In this document: piece after piece, positions 1-9,529 of the stretch | Layout of the letters: each line of letters opens with the position of its first letter | Position numbering within the stretch: position 1 is the first letter of the stretch | NCBI GenBank assembly: GCA_964543385.1 | Contig: CAZIYE010000001.1 | Location: 390,001 to 422,000, forward strand | Length of the DNA stretch: 32,000 nt | Direction: 5' to 3' | Origin: an uncultured Candidatus Saccharibacteria bacterium | GTDB taxonomy: Bacteria > Patescibacteriota > UBA1384 > XYA2-FULL-43-10 > 1-14-0-10-43-13 | Notes under the pieces: generated by a model | What the model was told of the DNA's origin: nothing | Seen by the model: only the letters and a program-made list of their open reading frames with translations | Databases searched by the model: none | Position numbers and translations under genes: made by a program

Positions 1-2
1 TT

Positions 3-398
3 TTCCGCTCAGGCAACGCTGATCTAAATATGACGCTGGCTTTGGCTATCATTACCGTACTGGCTATTCAAATTTTCGGCATTGCAGCTATTGGTGTATT
101 CAAATACGGCAAAAAATTCATTAATTTCTCAAATCCAATTAACTTTGTTGTCGGTATTCTAGAATTAATTGGTGAAGTTTCTAGAATTATCTCTTTCTCC
201 TTTCGTCTTTTCGGCAACGTATTCGCTGGTGAGGTTTTATTAACTGTTATCGCATTCATCGTACCTTTTATTGCCCCACTACCTTTTTACGGCCTAGAGA
301 TTTTTGTCGGCTTCATCCAGGCTCTTGTTTTCACAATGCTTACTTTAGTATTCATCAAATCAGCTATTACTGATCATGAAGCAGAACATGCACATTAG
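3..398 (+). CDS. atpB: F-type ATP synthase F0 subunit a, C-terminal part (5' end lies outside the window)
   Basis: Frame is open from base 3 to TAG at 396-398. Carries the subunit-a signature SFSFRLFGNVFAGE with the essential Arg, plus hydrophobic helices. First gene of the canonical atpBEFHAGDC order. Confidence 0.9.
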   Translation, partial: FRSGNADLNMTLALAIITVLAIQIFGIAAIGVFKYGKKFINFSNPINFVVGILELIGEVSRIISFSFRLFGNVFAGEVLLTVIAFIVPFIAPLPFYGLEIFVGFIQALVFTMLTLVFIKSAITDHEAEHAH

Positions 399-413
399 AA
401 ATTAATAATATAA

Positions 414-664
<251 letters not shown>

Positions 665-665
<1 letters not shown>

Positions 666-731
666 TAGAACGTAGATTGGTAGAATGTAGACTGGTTTTA
701 GCCTTTCTACCTTCTACTTTCCACTTTCTAC
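665..731. repeat. Imperfect inverted repeat of about 30-bp arms built from reiterated GTAGA/TCTAC pentamers, filling the atpE-atpF spacer
   Basis: Left arm 665-695 has GTAGA x4. Loop is TTTTAG (696-701). Right arm 702-731 has TCTAC x3 plus one TCCAC. It ends 3 nt before the atpF SD AAGGAG (735-740). No T-tract follows. Confidence 0.6.
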
Positions 732-745
732 ATTAAGGAGAAACA

Positions 746-1228
746 ATGGAATCACTTGGAATAGATTTAAAACTTTTAATCGCACAGGCTATAAACTTTA
801 TTATCGTCATGCTTTTACTTTGGAAATTTGCTTACACACCTATTCTAAAAATGTTAAATGATCGCAAAGACAAGATTGCCAAAGGATTGGATGATGCTTC
901 TGCCGCAGCTAAGAGTCTTCAGAAGGCAAAAGGCGAAAGTGATAAGATCCAAGAGAAAGCTTTCTCTGATGCAAATGAAATAATAAAAAACGCCAAAGAG
1001 GCAGCAAATGCCGAGGCCCTGCTTATATTGGACAAAGCGAATAGCCAGGCAGATAGAATTATAAAATCAGCAAAAGAAGAAGCTTCTTCACTGAAAGACA
1101 AGACAATGGCTAGCGCCAAGAAGGAAATTTCCGACGTTGTTATCATGGCTTTAGACAAAATTGTAAATGATGAATTAACAAAAGAGCAAAAGGTAAAATT
1201 AACCAGCAAAGCAATTGCCGAATTATAA
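746..1228 (+). CDS. atpF: F-type ATP synthase F0 subunit b
   Basis: One N-terminal TM helix (LIAQAINFIIVMLLLWKF) followed by a long charged Ala/Lys/Glu-rich helix. Strong SD AAGGAG. Sits between atpE and atpH. Confidence 0.85.
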   Translation: MESLGIDLKLLIAQAINFIIVMLLLWKFAYTPILKMLNDRKDKIAKGLDDASAAAKSLQKAKGESDKIQEKAFSDANEIIKNAKEAANAEALLILDKANSQADRIIKSAKEEASSLKDKTMASAKKEISDVVIMALDKIVNDELTKEQKVKLTSKAIAEL

Positions 1229-1281
1229 TGATCATTAATTGTTTATTTGTATATTAGTCTAATTAGTAATCTGTTATTCCC

Positions 1282-1677
1282 ATGAAGATAAAGCCTCAAC
1301 AATATGCTCAAATGCTCATTGAGAGCGTCACTGAAAAGTCCGATCTAAAAAAGATTGCTGCTTCCCTGTGGCATTCCCTCCAGAAAAACAAGCAATACCG
1401 AGACCTACCAAAAATATTGGAGTTAATCGATGAGGAATTCGCTAAGAAAAATAAGCTTACTCTAGCAAAAGTTTATTCTGAGGATAGATTGAGTGAAACC
1501 GAAATCGAAAATATCCGAAAAAAACTAGAGTTAGAAAATTCCAATATTCAATATTCAATATTCAATATTCAAAAAAAGAATCTGGTTGGCGGGATCACAG
1601 TCAAAATTGAAGATAAAATCATAGACTTGAGTGTTACAGATAGAATTAACAAATTAAAACAACAATTGAACAACTAA
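1282..1677 (+). CDS. atpH: F-type ATP synthase F1 subunit delta (OSCP), unusually short at 131 aa
   Basis: Sits between atpF and atpA. N-terminus QQYAQMLIES and C-terminus GGITVKIEDKIIDLSVTDRINKLKQQL follow the delta-subunit pattern. Confidence 0.75.
   Translation: MKIKPQQYAQMLIESVTEKSDLKKIAASLWHSLQKNKQYRDLPKILELIDEEFAKKNKLTLAKVYSEDRLSETEIENIRKKLELENSNIQYSIFNIQKKNLVGGITVKIEDKIIDLSVTDRINKLKQQLNN
1543..1570. repeat. Perfect tandem heptamer (AATATTC)x4 inside atpH, followed by an A7 run at 1571-1577
   Basis: Read directly from the sequence: ccAATATTCAATATTCAATATTCAATATTCaaaaaaag. Confidence 0.95.
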
Positions 1678-1695
1678 TAATATCTTTGGAATAAC

Positions 1696-3243
1696 ATGAG
1701 TACAAACATCATCGAGGAATTGAAAAAAGAAATTTTGGATTTTGATGCCAAAGCGAAAAGTGATACTTTTGGGGAAATAGCCGAGATTGGCGACGGTATT
1801 GCTAAAATTTATGGACTCAAGGAGGCAAAATCAGGAGAACTTCTCAATATCGAAACAAAAGATGGCATAGTCACCGCTATGGCCTTGAATCTTGAGGAAG
1901 CATCTATCGGTGCTATCGTCTTGGGTAATTATAAAAATATAATGGCCGGAGACAAAGTAAAGTGCACAGGTGAAATTGCTAAAGTTGATGTTTCAGAGGA
2001 CATCATCGGACGAGTTGTAAATCCTTTAGGATTTCCTATCGATGACAAGGGTAAAATCAAAGCAGATAAATCAATGCCTATCGAAAAAGTTGCTCCTGGC
2101 GTTATTACCAGACAATCAGTTTCCGTGCCTCTTCAAACTGGCTTAAAGGCTATTGATGCCTTGATCCCTATTGGCCGAGGGCAGCGCGAGCTTATTATTG
2201 GTGATCGTGGGACCGGCAAAACAGCTATCGCGATTGACACTATCATCAATCAAAAAGACCTGCCAAAAGAAAAACGACCTATTTGTATTTATGTTGCTAT
2301 TGGACAGAAGAAATCTAAAGTTGCCCGCATCATGGCAAAATTAGAAGAGGTCGGGGCGATGGAATATACAATCATCGTCTTGGCCGGCGCCTCTGACCCT
2401 GCCTCACTTTCATATATTGCACCGTATACTGGCTGCGCTATTGGCGAATATTTTATGGAAAAAGGCATGGATGTTCTCATCGTTTTTGATGACCTAACCA
2501 AACAAGCTTGGGCCTATAGACAGGTATCCCTCCTTCTTCGCCGACCCCCTGGACGCGAAGCTTATCCTGGCGACGTCTTTTATCTCCATTCTAGATTACT
2601 AGAAAGATCAGCCAGATTAAATAAAGACTTTGGTGGCGGTTCGATGACCGCTCTTCCAATTATCGAAACTCAAGCTGGTGATGTCTCTGCCTATATTCCA
2701 ACAAATGTAATTTCTATCACTGACGGTCAAATCTTCCTAGAATCAGATCTCTTCTACCAGGGCATCAGGCCAGCTCTAAACATCGGCATCTCCGTTTCTC
2801 GTGTTGGTGGCGCTGCCCAGATCAAAGCAATGAAAAAAGTAGCGGGTAAACTAAAGCTTATGATGGCTCAATATCGTGAGCTTGCCGCTTTTGCCCAATT
2901 TGCCTCCGATCTTGATGCCGAAACAAAGAAAACTATCGAACGCGGCAAGAGAATCACAGAGGTTATGAAACAACCACAATACATGCCGATGCCCGTGGAG
3001 GAGCAGGTAGTAATATTATACGCCGTCAACAATGGTTACCTTGACAACTATGAGGTTTCAAAAATTGTTGATATTGAGAAAGAGATCCTAACTAAGGCGA
3101 AGACAGGTATTAAAGATATCCTCACAAATATCCGAGAGACAGGCGAACTTTCCGACAAAGACGAGAGAAAACTTCAGGAGTTTCTTGAGAAAAATACAAA
3201 AACGGTAGAGGCAGAGATAAAGGTTCAAGAAGAAATAAAATAA
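1696..3243 (+). CDS. atpA: F-type ATP synthase F1 subunit alpha
   Basis: 515 aa. Walker A GDRGTGKT. Conserved blocks [24 protein letters not shown] and ITDGQIFLE. Confidence 0.98.
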   Translation: MSTNIIEELKKEILDFDAKAKSDTFGEIAEIGDGIAKIYGLKEAKSGELLNIETKDGIVTAMALNLEEASIGAIVLGNYKNIMAGDKVKCTGEIAKVDVSEDIIGRVVNPLGFPIDDKGKIKADKSMPIEKVAPGVITRQSVSVPLQTGLKAIDALIPIGRGQRELIIGDRGTGKTAIAIDTIINQKDLPKEKRPICIYVAIGQKKSKVARIMAKLEEVGAMEYTIIVLAGASDPASLSYIAPYTGCAIGEYFMEKGMDVLIVFDDLTKQAWAYRQVSLLLRRPPGREAYPGDVFYLHSRLLERSARLNKDFGGGSMTALPIIETQAGDVSAYIPTNVISITDGQIFLESDLFYQGIRPALNIGISVSRVGGAAQIKAMKKVAGKLKLMMAQYRELAAFAQFASDLDAETKKTIERGKRITEVMKQPQYMPMPVEEQVVILYAVNNGYLDNYEVSKIVDIEKEILTKAKTGIKDILTNIRETGELSDKDERKLQEFLEKNTKTVEAEIKVQEEIK

Positions 3244-3259
3244 ACATCGAATAAAGAAA

Positions 3260-4171
3260 ATGGCTTCAACACAAGAATTCAGACGCCGAATCAAATCGGT
3301 CAATAATACAAAACAAATTACCAAAGCAATGGAAATGATCGCCTCTATTAAGATGCAAAAGGCAACTCGTTTTGCTGCAATGGCTAGAAGCTACACCCAA
3401 AACGCTTGGAATATGCTTTTAAAGCTTGCAACAATTGTACTGCCAGAGGCACATCCCCTATTGAATCCAAGAGAAGTAAGGAGAACAGCGGTAGTCTTAT
3501 TGACTTCAGATCGTGGACTTTGTGGTTCATATAATTCGGAAGTACTGAAAAAATTTGTTGCATTCGAAAAGGAACAATGCGCCTGCAATCAAAAAAGTTG
3601 CGGTGAATTTGTAGGAAATTGTGATGTAATTACTATCGGTAAAAAGGGCGCGGAATTCACCAAAAGATATAAAACAGGCAAACTAATCGCTGAATTCCCC
3701 GGCTTCGAAAATAATATTCAGGCAGAAGATGTTATGCCTATCTCCAAAATGACAAGCGATGAATACCTAGCCGGCAAATATGACCGAGTAGTAGTTATTT
3801 ACTCTCATTTTGAATCATCACTAAAACAAATACCGGTCGTCAAACAGATTTTACCTATATCAAACGACCATATTGATAAACCAGAAATATGGACACAAAC
3901 CGATGAGGCTGAGACCGAATACAAATTTGAGCCAAGCCCAGATGACGTTCTAGAAGGAATACTTAAGCAATTTCTGAGAGTTCAAATATACGGCGCAATC
4001 CTAGAGGCCAATGCCTCAGAACATTCTGCCCGTATGGTAGCAATGAAAAATGCTACTGACAGCGCTGGTGATCTGATAGATGAGCTCAAACTGGTATACA
4101 ACGCTGTCCGCCAAGGCTCAATCACTCGTGAAATTGCTGAGATATCTGGCGCAGCGGAAGCAATGAAGTAG
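3260..4171 (+). CDS. atpG: F-type ATP synthase F1 subunit gamma
   Basis: 303 aa. N-terminus IKSVNNTKQITKAMEMIASIKMQKA and C-terminus NASEHSARMVAMKNATDSAGDLIDELKLVYNAVRQGSITREIAEI are typical gamma helices. Confidence 0.93.
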   Translation: MASTQEFRRRIKSVNNTKQITKAMEMIASIKMQKATRFAAMARSYTQNAWNMLLKLATIVLPEAHPLLNPREVRRTAVVLLTSDRGLCGSYNSEVLKKFVAFEKEQCACNQKSCGEFVGNCDVITIGKKGAEFTKRYKTGKLIAEFPGFENNIQAEDVMPISKMTSDEYLAGKYDRVVVIYSHFESSLKQIPVVKQILPISNDHIDKPEIWTQTDEAETEYKFEPSPDDVLEGILKQFLRVQIYGAILEANASEHSARMVAMKNATDSAGDLIDELKLVYNAVRQGSITREIAEISGAAEAMK

Positions 4172-4379
4172 CACATTTAAAAAAACCAGGCCGCCACTTA
4201 CTTGATTTCGGCGGCAGCCTGGAGATGGGAAGGCGGGACCATTCCTCGTCTTCATCGGAGACGAACTCGTGTTCGTCGCTACGGCCGAGGGGCCGTGTCT
4301 GTTGCCCTTGCTTCGGGCAATCGGCGGTATCCATGCAGGAGCACGGACACAGATCATCATCGCGGCCACAGTCGGCCAT
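4122..4379 (-). CDS. Hypothetical small acidic Cys-rich protein (85 aa as drawn; 3' end uncertain)
   Basis: ATG at 4379 lies 7 nt after AAGGGGGA. Product is MADCGRDDDLCPCSCMDTADCP... Hand-counted GC1/GC2/GC3 over the first 57 codons is about 67/51/72%, a coding-like pattern. Caveat: no in-frame stop occurs before the terminator at 4179-4222, and the frame only closes 50 nt inside antisense atpG. Confidence 0.4.
   Translation of the reverse strand: MADCGRDDDLCPCSCMDTADCPKQGQQTRPLGRSDEHEFVSDEDEEWSRLPISRLPPKSSKWRPGFFKCATSLLPLRQISQQFHE
4179..4222 (-). terminator. Intrinsic terminator active on the minus strand only
   Basis: Minus strand reads CCAGGCTGCCGCC-(14 nt loop)-GGCGGCCTGG followed by T7. 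On the plus strand the A7 run precedes the stem, so atp transcripts should read through. Confidence 0.6.
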
Positions 4380-4426
4380 AGTGGTGTCCCCCTTTTCGAA
4401 ACGTTGTCCGGAAACCGGATGGGAGA
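4186..4426. other. GC-rich compositional island 1, in the atpG-atpD spacer
   Basis: Abrupt shift from AT-rich backbone to about 60% GC sequence. All-frame ORFs appear here because stop codons are depleted. Confidence 0.8.
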
Positions 4427-4427
4427 T

Positions 4428-4456
4428 ACAATAAAATAAATTAGTTAATATGTCAA
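4428..4456 (-). promoter_or_regulatory. Sigma70-like promoter for the island-1 ORF
   Basis: Minus strand has TTGACA (4456-4451), a 17-nt spacer and TATTGT (4433-4428). It lies in AT-rich DNA directly next to the atpD SD. AT-rich DNA produces such hexamers by chance. Confidence 0.35.
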
Positions 4457-4467
4457 TAAGGAGATAG

Positions 4468-5832
<1,365 letters not shown>

Positions 5833-5836
5833 GAAT

Positions 5837-5882
5837 CCCATCCAAAGTGTATCGGCCGAAACCGATCGACCCTAAGGATGGG
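5837..5882 (-). terminator. Compound hairpin downstream of the island-2 ORF; possible minus-strand terminator
   Basis: Outer stem is CCCATCC/GGATGGG and inner stem is ATCGG/CCGAT. On the minus strand it is followed by ATTCCTATTTTCC. There is no T-tract on the plus strand. Confidence 0.35.
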
Positions 5883-5908
5883 CGGAATTGTATGGCTGTT
5901 CCCCTTCA

Positions 5909-6118
5909 TTACTTCTTCTTTGGCCCTTTTGGCGGAACCGAAGGAAGATGTATCTTCGAGAAGCATCCAAGCCGTGCCATGATGATGATAACCATCACTA
6001 TTACGGCTACTGCCGGAGTAATTGCGCAGGCAAGTCCCATCTTTAGATAGATCAAGATAGCCTCCGCTATCGCGGCCATGCCAAGCGTAATCAGCAAGTC
6101 TCTGAGAATCGGATCCAT
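5909..6118 (-). CDS. Hypothetical 69-aa two-TM membrane protein with a Lys-rich tail (holin-like or type I toxin-like architecture)
   Basis: ATG at 6118 lies 4 nt after GGGGGGTGA. Product is MDPILRDLLITLGMAAIAEAILIYLKMGLACAITPAVAVIVMVIIIMARLGCFSKIHLPSVPPKGPKKK. It has two hydrophobic helices and a basic C-terminus. Confidence 0.5.
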   Translation of the reverse strand: MDPILRDLLITLGMAAIAEAILIYLKMGLACAITPAVAVIVMVIIIMARLGCFSKIHLPSVPPKGPKKK

Positions 6119-6167
6119 GGTTTCACCCCCCATTCGTTTCCAGTAAAGTAGTGTCAACCTTGCTTGT

Positions 6168-6196
6168 TTTATATCATTAATAAATTAGCATTTCAA
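6168..6196 (-). promoter_or_regulatory. Candidate sigma70-like promoter for the island-2 ORF
   Basis: Minus strand has TTGAAA (6196-6191), a 17-nt spacer and TATAAA (6173-6168), abutting the atpC ATG. A second TTGACA at 6157-6152 has no acceptable -10. Confidence 0.3.
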
Positions 6197-6616
6197 ATGA
6201 AAACAAATTTCAACTTAAAAATCATCGCCCCTGATGGCGTCAAATATGAGGAAGAGGCCACCGAAATTAGCCTTCCGACTCCAGATGGCTATATTACCAT
6301 CCTGCCAAATCATATGCCTCTAATAGCACTATTAAAGCCAGGCGAGATTATCATCAAGAACGGTTCGAAAATCCATGAGCTAGCAACCGAGGGCGGTATT
6401 GTAGAAATCTCGAATAACCTAGTTAAAATCTTGGCTGATACAGCTGAAGAGGTCAATAATCTTAACGAACTAAGAATTATTGAGGCCAAAAAAGCCGCCG
6501 AAGAGAGATTAAAAAATGCCAAGGATGATGTTGAGTTTGCCGATGCAGCCGCTCATTTAGAAAAACAATTAGCAAAGCTAAGTATCCTTAACAAACGCAG
6601 AAAAAAATACCGCTAA
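6197..6616 (+). CDS. atpC: F-type ATP synthase F1 subunit epsilon
   Basis: Starts MKTNFNLKIIAPDG, then TILPNHMPLIALLKPGEI, with a C-terminal helical hairpin. The ORF-track start at 6164 is a TTG extension. Confidence 0.9.
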   Translation: MKTNFNLKIIAPDGVKYEEEATEISLPTPDGYITILPNHMPLIALLKPGEIIIKNGSKIHELATEGGIVEISNNLVKILADTAEEVNNLNELRIIEAKKAAEERLKNAKDDVEFADAAAHLEKQLAKLSILNKRRKKYR

Positions 6617-6934
6617 CTAATCTCTTCTGTCTTTGCCTTTGTTCGGGATTAAAAACCGAATTATTGCAGCAATTATATACGCAATAACCGCGTAAATGAC
6701 TATGGCAATTAATGTTGTGATCTCGAAAACAAAACCGCCTTCTACCACAGGAGAAGGAAAAATGCCTATGAATGGATAAAGTAGAGGCGAAGTCACATCA
6801 TAAATCCAGTCAGCAAAAGGTGCGGCTAGATTAGCGCCAAACAATCTTAATAGAAACCTAACCAACAACAATAAGATCGCTATTCCGAAAACAAGATTAA
6901 CAATAAAAATTAAAATTCTTGATATTGTATTCAT
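6617..6934 (-). CDS. YggT-family-like small membrane protein
   Basis: 105 aa, two TM segments. Pattern RFLLRLFGANLAAPFADWIYDVTSPLLYPF resembles YggT/Ycf19 (from memory). Confidence 0.55.
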   Translation of the reverse strand: MNTISRILIFIVNLVFGIAILLLLVRFLLRLFGANLAAPFADWIYDVTSPLLYPFIGIFPSPVVEGGFVFEITTLIAIVIYAVIAYIIAAIIRFLIPNKGKDRRD

Positions 6935-7009
6935 AAGATAATCTTATGAGTGATCAAACAAGAAATATATATAATAATTTCTAGCTATTTAGAAATGATT
7001 AAAAATGTC

Positions 7010-7603
7010 TTATGATTGTCTCGCCCGAAGTCTTTCTTGGGCAGCTAAAAGATGGTTTTTTTTCGCCTCTAAATAGGCAACCATGCCTTTTCTTCGTGAT
7101 TCATGAATTGAATCTGGATGACTCAAAGTGAATTCAATAGATTCAAGATTTTTTTTGATATAGTCGTTAACTGGACCAGGAGGAATAGACTCCTCAAATT
7201 TATCAAGAAACGCGCCGTAAGAACGTTCAATTTTTTTAAACGCTTGTGGTTGTGCTTCTGGAATACCAATATTACGTTGTTCAGCTTCTAAAGCCTCACT
7301 AAAATCTTTGCTAGCGGCACCAACTCCTTCAATCAGATCTTTTACTCGAGGATCATTTACTTTATCTGGTTCACCAAAAAACTCAGTGACCATTCTGCTT
7401 GGACTTACTCCAACATCCCACATACTAGTTCTTTCACCCGAGGCCTCACGGGGATAACTCAGCATCCTTCTTGCCTCTGTCCAGTCCTCACCATTTACGG
7501 CCTCCTGAAACTCCGAGAACGTGCCTCTCTCAACAACCTGGGCCAGAAAAGGATTATCAACTCCTTTTGGCCGTTCTTCAATCCCATTTTCTTCTTCTAT
7601 CAT
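7010..7603 (-). CDS. Hypothetical acidic soluble protein (197 aa), no recognised family
   Basis: Strong SD GGGAGGA before the ATG at 7603. Located directly downstream of glmS. The 5' third is noticeably GC-richer than the rest. Confidence 0.6.
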   Translation of the reverse strand: MIEEENGIEERPKGVDNPFLAQVVERGTFSEFQEAVNGEDWTEARRMLSYPREASGERTSMWDVGVSPSRMVTEFFGEPDKVNDPRVKDLIEGVGAASKDFSEALEAEQRNIGIPEAQPQAFKKIERSYGAFLDKFEESIPPGPVNDYIKKNLESIEFTLSHPDSIHESRRKGMVAYLEAKKNHLLAAQERLRARQS

Positions 7604-7633
7604 TGAATCCTCCCATTTTAATGTAGTTTTATT

Positions 7634-9409
7634 CTACTTTACTGTCACACTCTTTGCCAGATTTCTTGGTTTATCAGGATCAAGATTCTTCTCAAGTGCA
7701 ATATAGTATGCAAGGATCTGACCGTATAAGATTGCGGAGATTCCAGTGTAAATTCCGCTATCAGCCGCAGGAAGGTAGGTATCGAAAACAGTATTATTCT
7801 CAAAAGAAATTCCAATAACATCGGCTCCACGAGCCTTTACCTCCATCGCATTGGAGATAATCTCTTTCTCCGACCCATCCTTCGCCACGAAGACCAAAAC
7901 AGGTACTCCTGTCTCTATGAGAGCAATTGGACCATGTTTTAAATCTCCTCCGGCATAACCCTCTGCATGGATGTAAGAAACTTCTTTTATCTTAAGACAG
8001 GCTTCCAATGAAGTTGGGTAATTTATTCCCCTACCAATAGCATAAATATTTGGCACGCTTGATAATTTTTTAGCAACATTTTTTATTTTCAAAAGGCTCT
8101 TTTTGTCTAGAATATTCTCAATGTCACTTTTTAACTCGCGAAGCACTTTTTTGCCGTCTCCGATGTTATCGCTGAGCGCAAAAGAGAGCATTGTAAACAT
8201 CCCAAGCTGAGAAACATAGGCTTTTGTAGATAGAACACAGATCTCCGGTCCTGCTTTGGTGATTATCGAATAGTCAGCTACCCTCATCAGAGTCGATCCC
8301 ATCACATTTACTAGTGCTAATATCTTAGCTCCACCTGCTTTGGCAATTTTTACTGCCTCCAAAACATCAGCCGTTTCACCACTTTGAGAAACAGTGATTA
8401 TCAAATCATTTTTATTAACAAACTGAGCAAAATATGGGAACTCTGCTGCTGATATAGGCCTCAAATTTATTCCATTATTTTTTGCAAAAATATAACTACC
8501 ATACATAGCTGCATGAAGAGCCGTACCGCAAGCTACAACGTAGATAGTCCTTGCTTTTCTTATCATCGCAATTGCCTGGTCAAGATCAGCCGAAGCTGTT
8601 GCAATCGTTTTTTCGAGAACCATTGGCTGCTCGCTCATTTCCTTGATCATAAAATTCGGAAATCCGCCCTTCTCTGCTTCGTCGAACGTCCATTCTATCT
8701 TCGTGACTTTCTTTACTACTTTTTTCCCAGTTTGAACATCAAAAATCTCGTAACCACTAGAATCAGCCGCTACCATTTCCATATCATCAAGGAATATAAC
8801 CTTGTCCGTATATTTTAAGAAAGCAGGTACATCTGAGGCTAAAAAGTTCTCCTTTTCGCCGATACCAAATACCAAAGGACTACCCTTTCGAGCGCCAATC
8901 ATTACATTACTATCCTGATCTATAATTGCTAATGCATAATTTCCTTCAAGATAGCCTAGAACACTTTTTACTGCATCACTCAGGGTTTTGCCCTTATCCA
9001 ACTCAAGTTCTATGGCATGTGGCACTACCTCTGTATCGGTTTGAGACAGGAATTGAATGCCTTTTGCCTCAAGATCACGACGCAACTCCTGATAATTCTC
9101 GATAATTCCATTATGAACGACTGCTATCCTCTTGCTCTTAGAAAAATGTGGATGGGAATTTATCTCTGTGACTCCCCCATGAGTTGCCCAACGGGTATGG
9201 CCGATGGCAATGCCACTAGAAAAATTGGGTAATTCCTTTTTGAGATCAAAGGAACCGATCTTGCCTACCTGTTTATGAATGTCGAGCTTATCTCCTTTTT
9301 TTATTGCAATCCCCCAGGAGTCATAACCACGATACTCGAGTTTTTTGAGCCCTTCAAAAACTATATTTGCACCATCTTGCTTACCAATGTAACCAACAAT
9401 TCCACACAT
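7634..9409 (-). CDS. glmS: Glutamine--fructose-6-phosphate aminotransferase (isomerizing)
   Basis: 591 aa. N-terminal nucleophile MCGIVGY. Two SIS domains. C-terminal block KPRNLAKSVTV. SD is GGAGGT. Confidence 0.97.
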   Translation of the reverse strand: MCGIVGYIGKQDGANIVFEGLKKLEYRGYDSWGIAIKKGDKLDIHKQVGKIGSFDLKKELPNFSSGIAIGHTRWATHGGVTEINSHPHFSKSKRIAVVHNGIIENYQELRRDLEAKGIQFLSQTDTEVVPHAIELELDKGKTLSDAVKSVLGYLEGNYALAIIDQDSNVMIGARKGSPLVFGIGEKENFLASDVPAFLKYTDKVIFLDDMEMVAADSSGYEIFDVQTGKKVVKKVTKIEWTFDEAEKGGFPNFMIKEMSEQPMVLEKTIATASADLDQAIAMIRKARTIYVVACGTALHAAMYGSYIFAKNNGINLRPISAAEFPYFAQFVNKNDLIITVSQSGETADVLEAVKIAKAGGAKILALVNVMGSTLMRVADYSIITKAGPEICVLSTKAYVSQLGMFTMLSFALSDNIGDGKKVLRELKSDIENILDKKSLLKIKNVAKKLSSVPNIYAIGRGINYPTSLEACLKIKEVSYIHAEGYAGGDLKHGPIALIETGVPVLVFVAKDGSEKEIISNAMEVKARGADVIGISFENNTVFDTYLPAADSGIYTGISAILYGQILAYYIALEKNLDPDKPRNLAKSVTVK

Positions 9410-9529
9410 AGTTACCTCCGGTTAATATGCATTATTCTATCAATATAGTCTTTAATAGAAAAGCGGATAATACAAAATACTAGAGATATGAAAATCTCCG
9501 TGTTTTGATCCGTGCAAAAATTGTTGCGC

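Larger units (their letters stand above)
5833..6140. other. GC-richer compositional island 2 (about 50% GC), in the atpD-atpC spacer
   Basis: A 330-bp spacer inside an otherwise tightly packed operon. Its composition and codon style differ from the neighbouring genes. Confidence 0.7.

Noticed and set aside
4118-4434. Other ORFs in island 1: minus 4118-4369 (83 aa), plus 4225-4434 (69 aa), and the N-terminal extension to 4517.
   Set aside because: GC-rich DNA is depleted in stop codons, so long ORFs appear in several frames. These lack an SD plus ATG. The 83-aa frame has the wrong positional GC pattern (about 51/72/67). The extension to 4517 runs antisense through the atpD start.
5847-6157. 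Plus-strand ORF 5847-6050, and the longer minus-strand version starting at 6157 or 6133.
   Set aside because: The plus ORF has no SD and an implausible sequence. The minus-strand start at 6118 is the one preceded by GGGGGGTGA, and the upstream Met codons lack any SD.
6164-6196. N-terminal extensions from non-ATG starts in the ORF track: atpC from 6164 and the ABC ATPase from 13059.
   Set aside because: The extensions add non-conserved residues in front of typical family N-termini, and they overlap promoter-like AT-rich DNA. The internal ATG starts give canonical protein lengths.
9410-9529. Possible glmS ribozyme in the glmS 5' leader.
   Set aside because: The leader is only about 120 nt, very AT-rich, and shows none of the GC-rich pseudoknotted core I recall for the glmS ribozyme. 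Only a weak hairpin (GAGAT-TTTCAT-ATCTC) is present.
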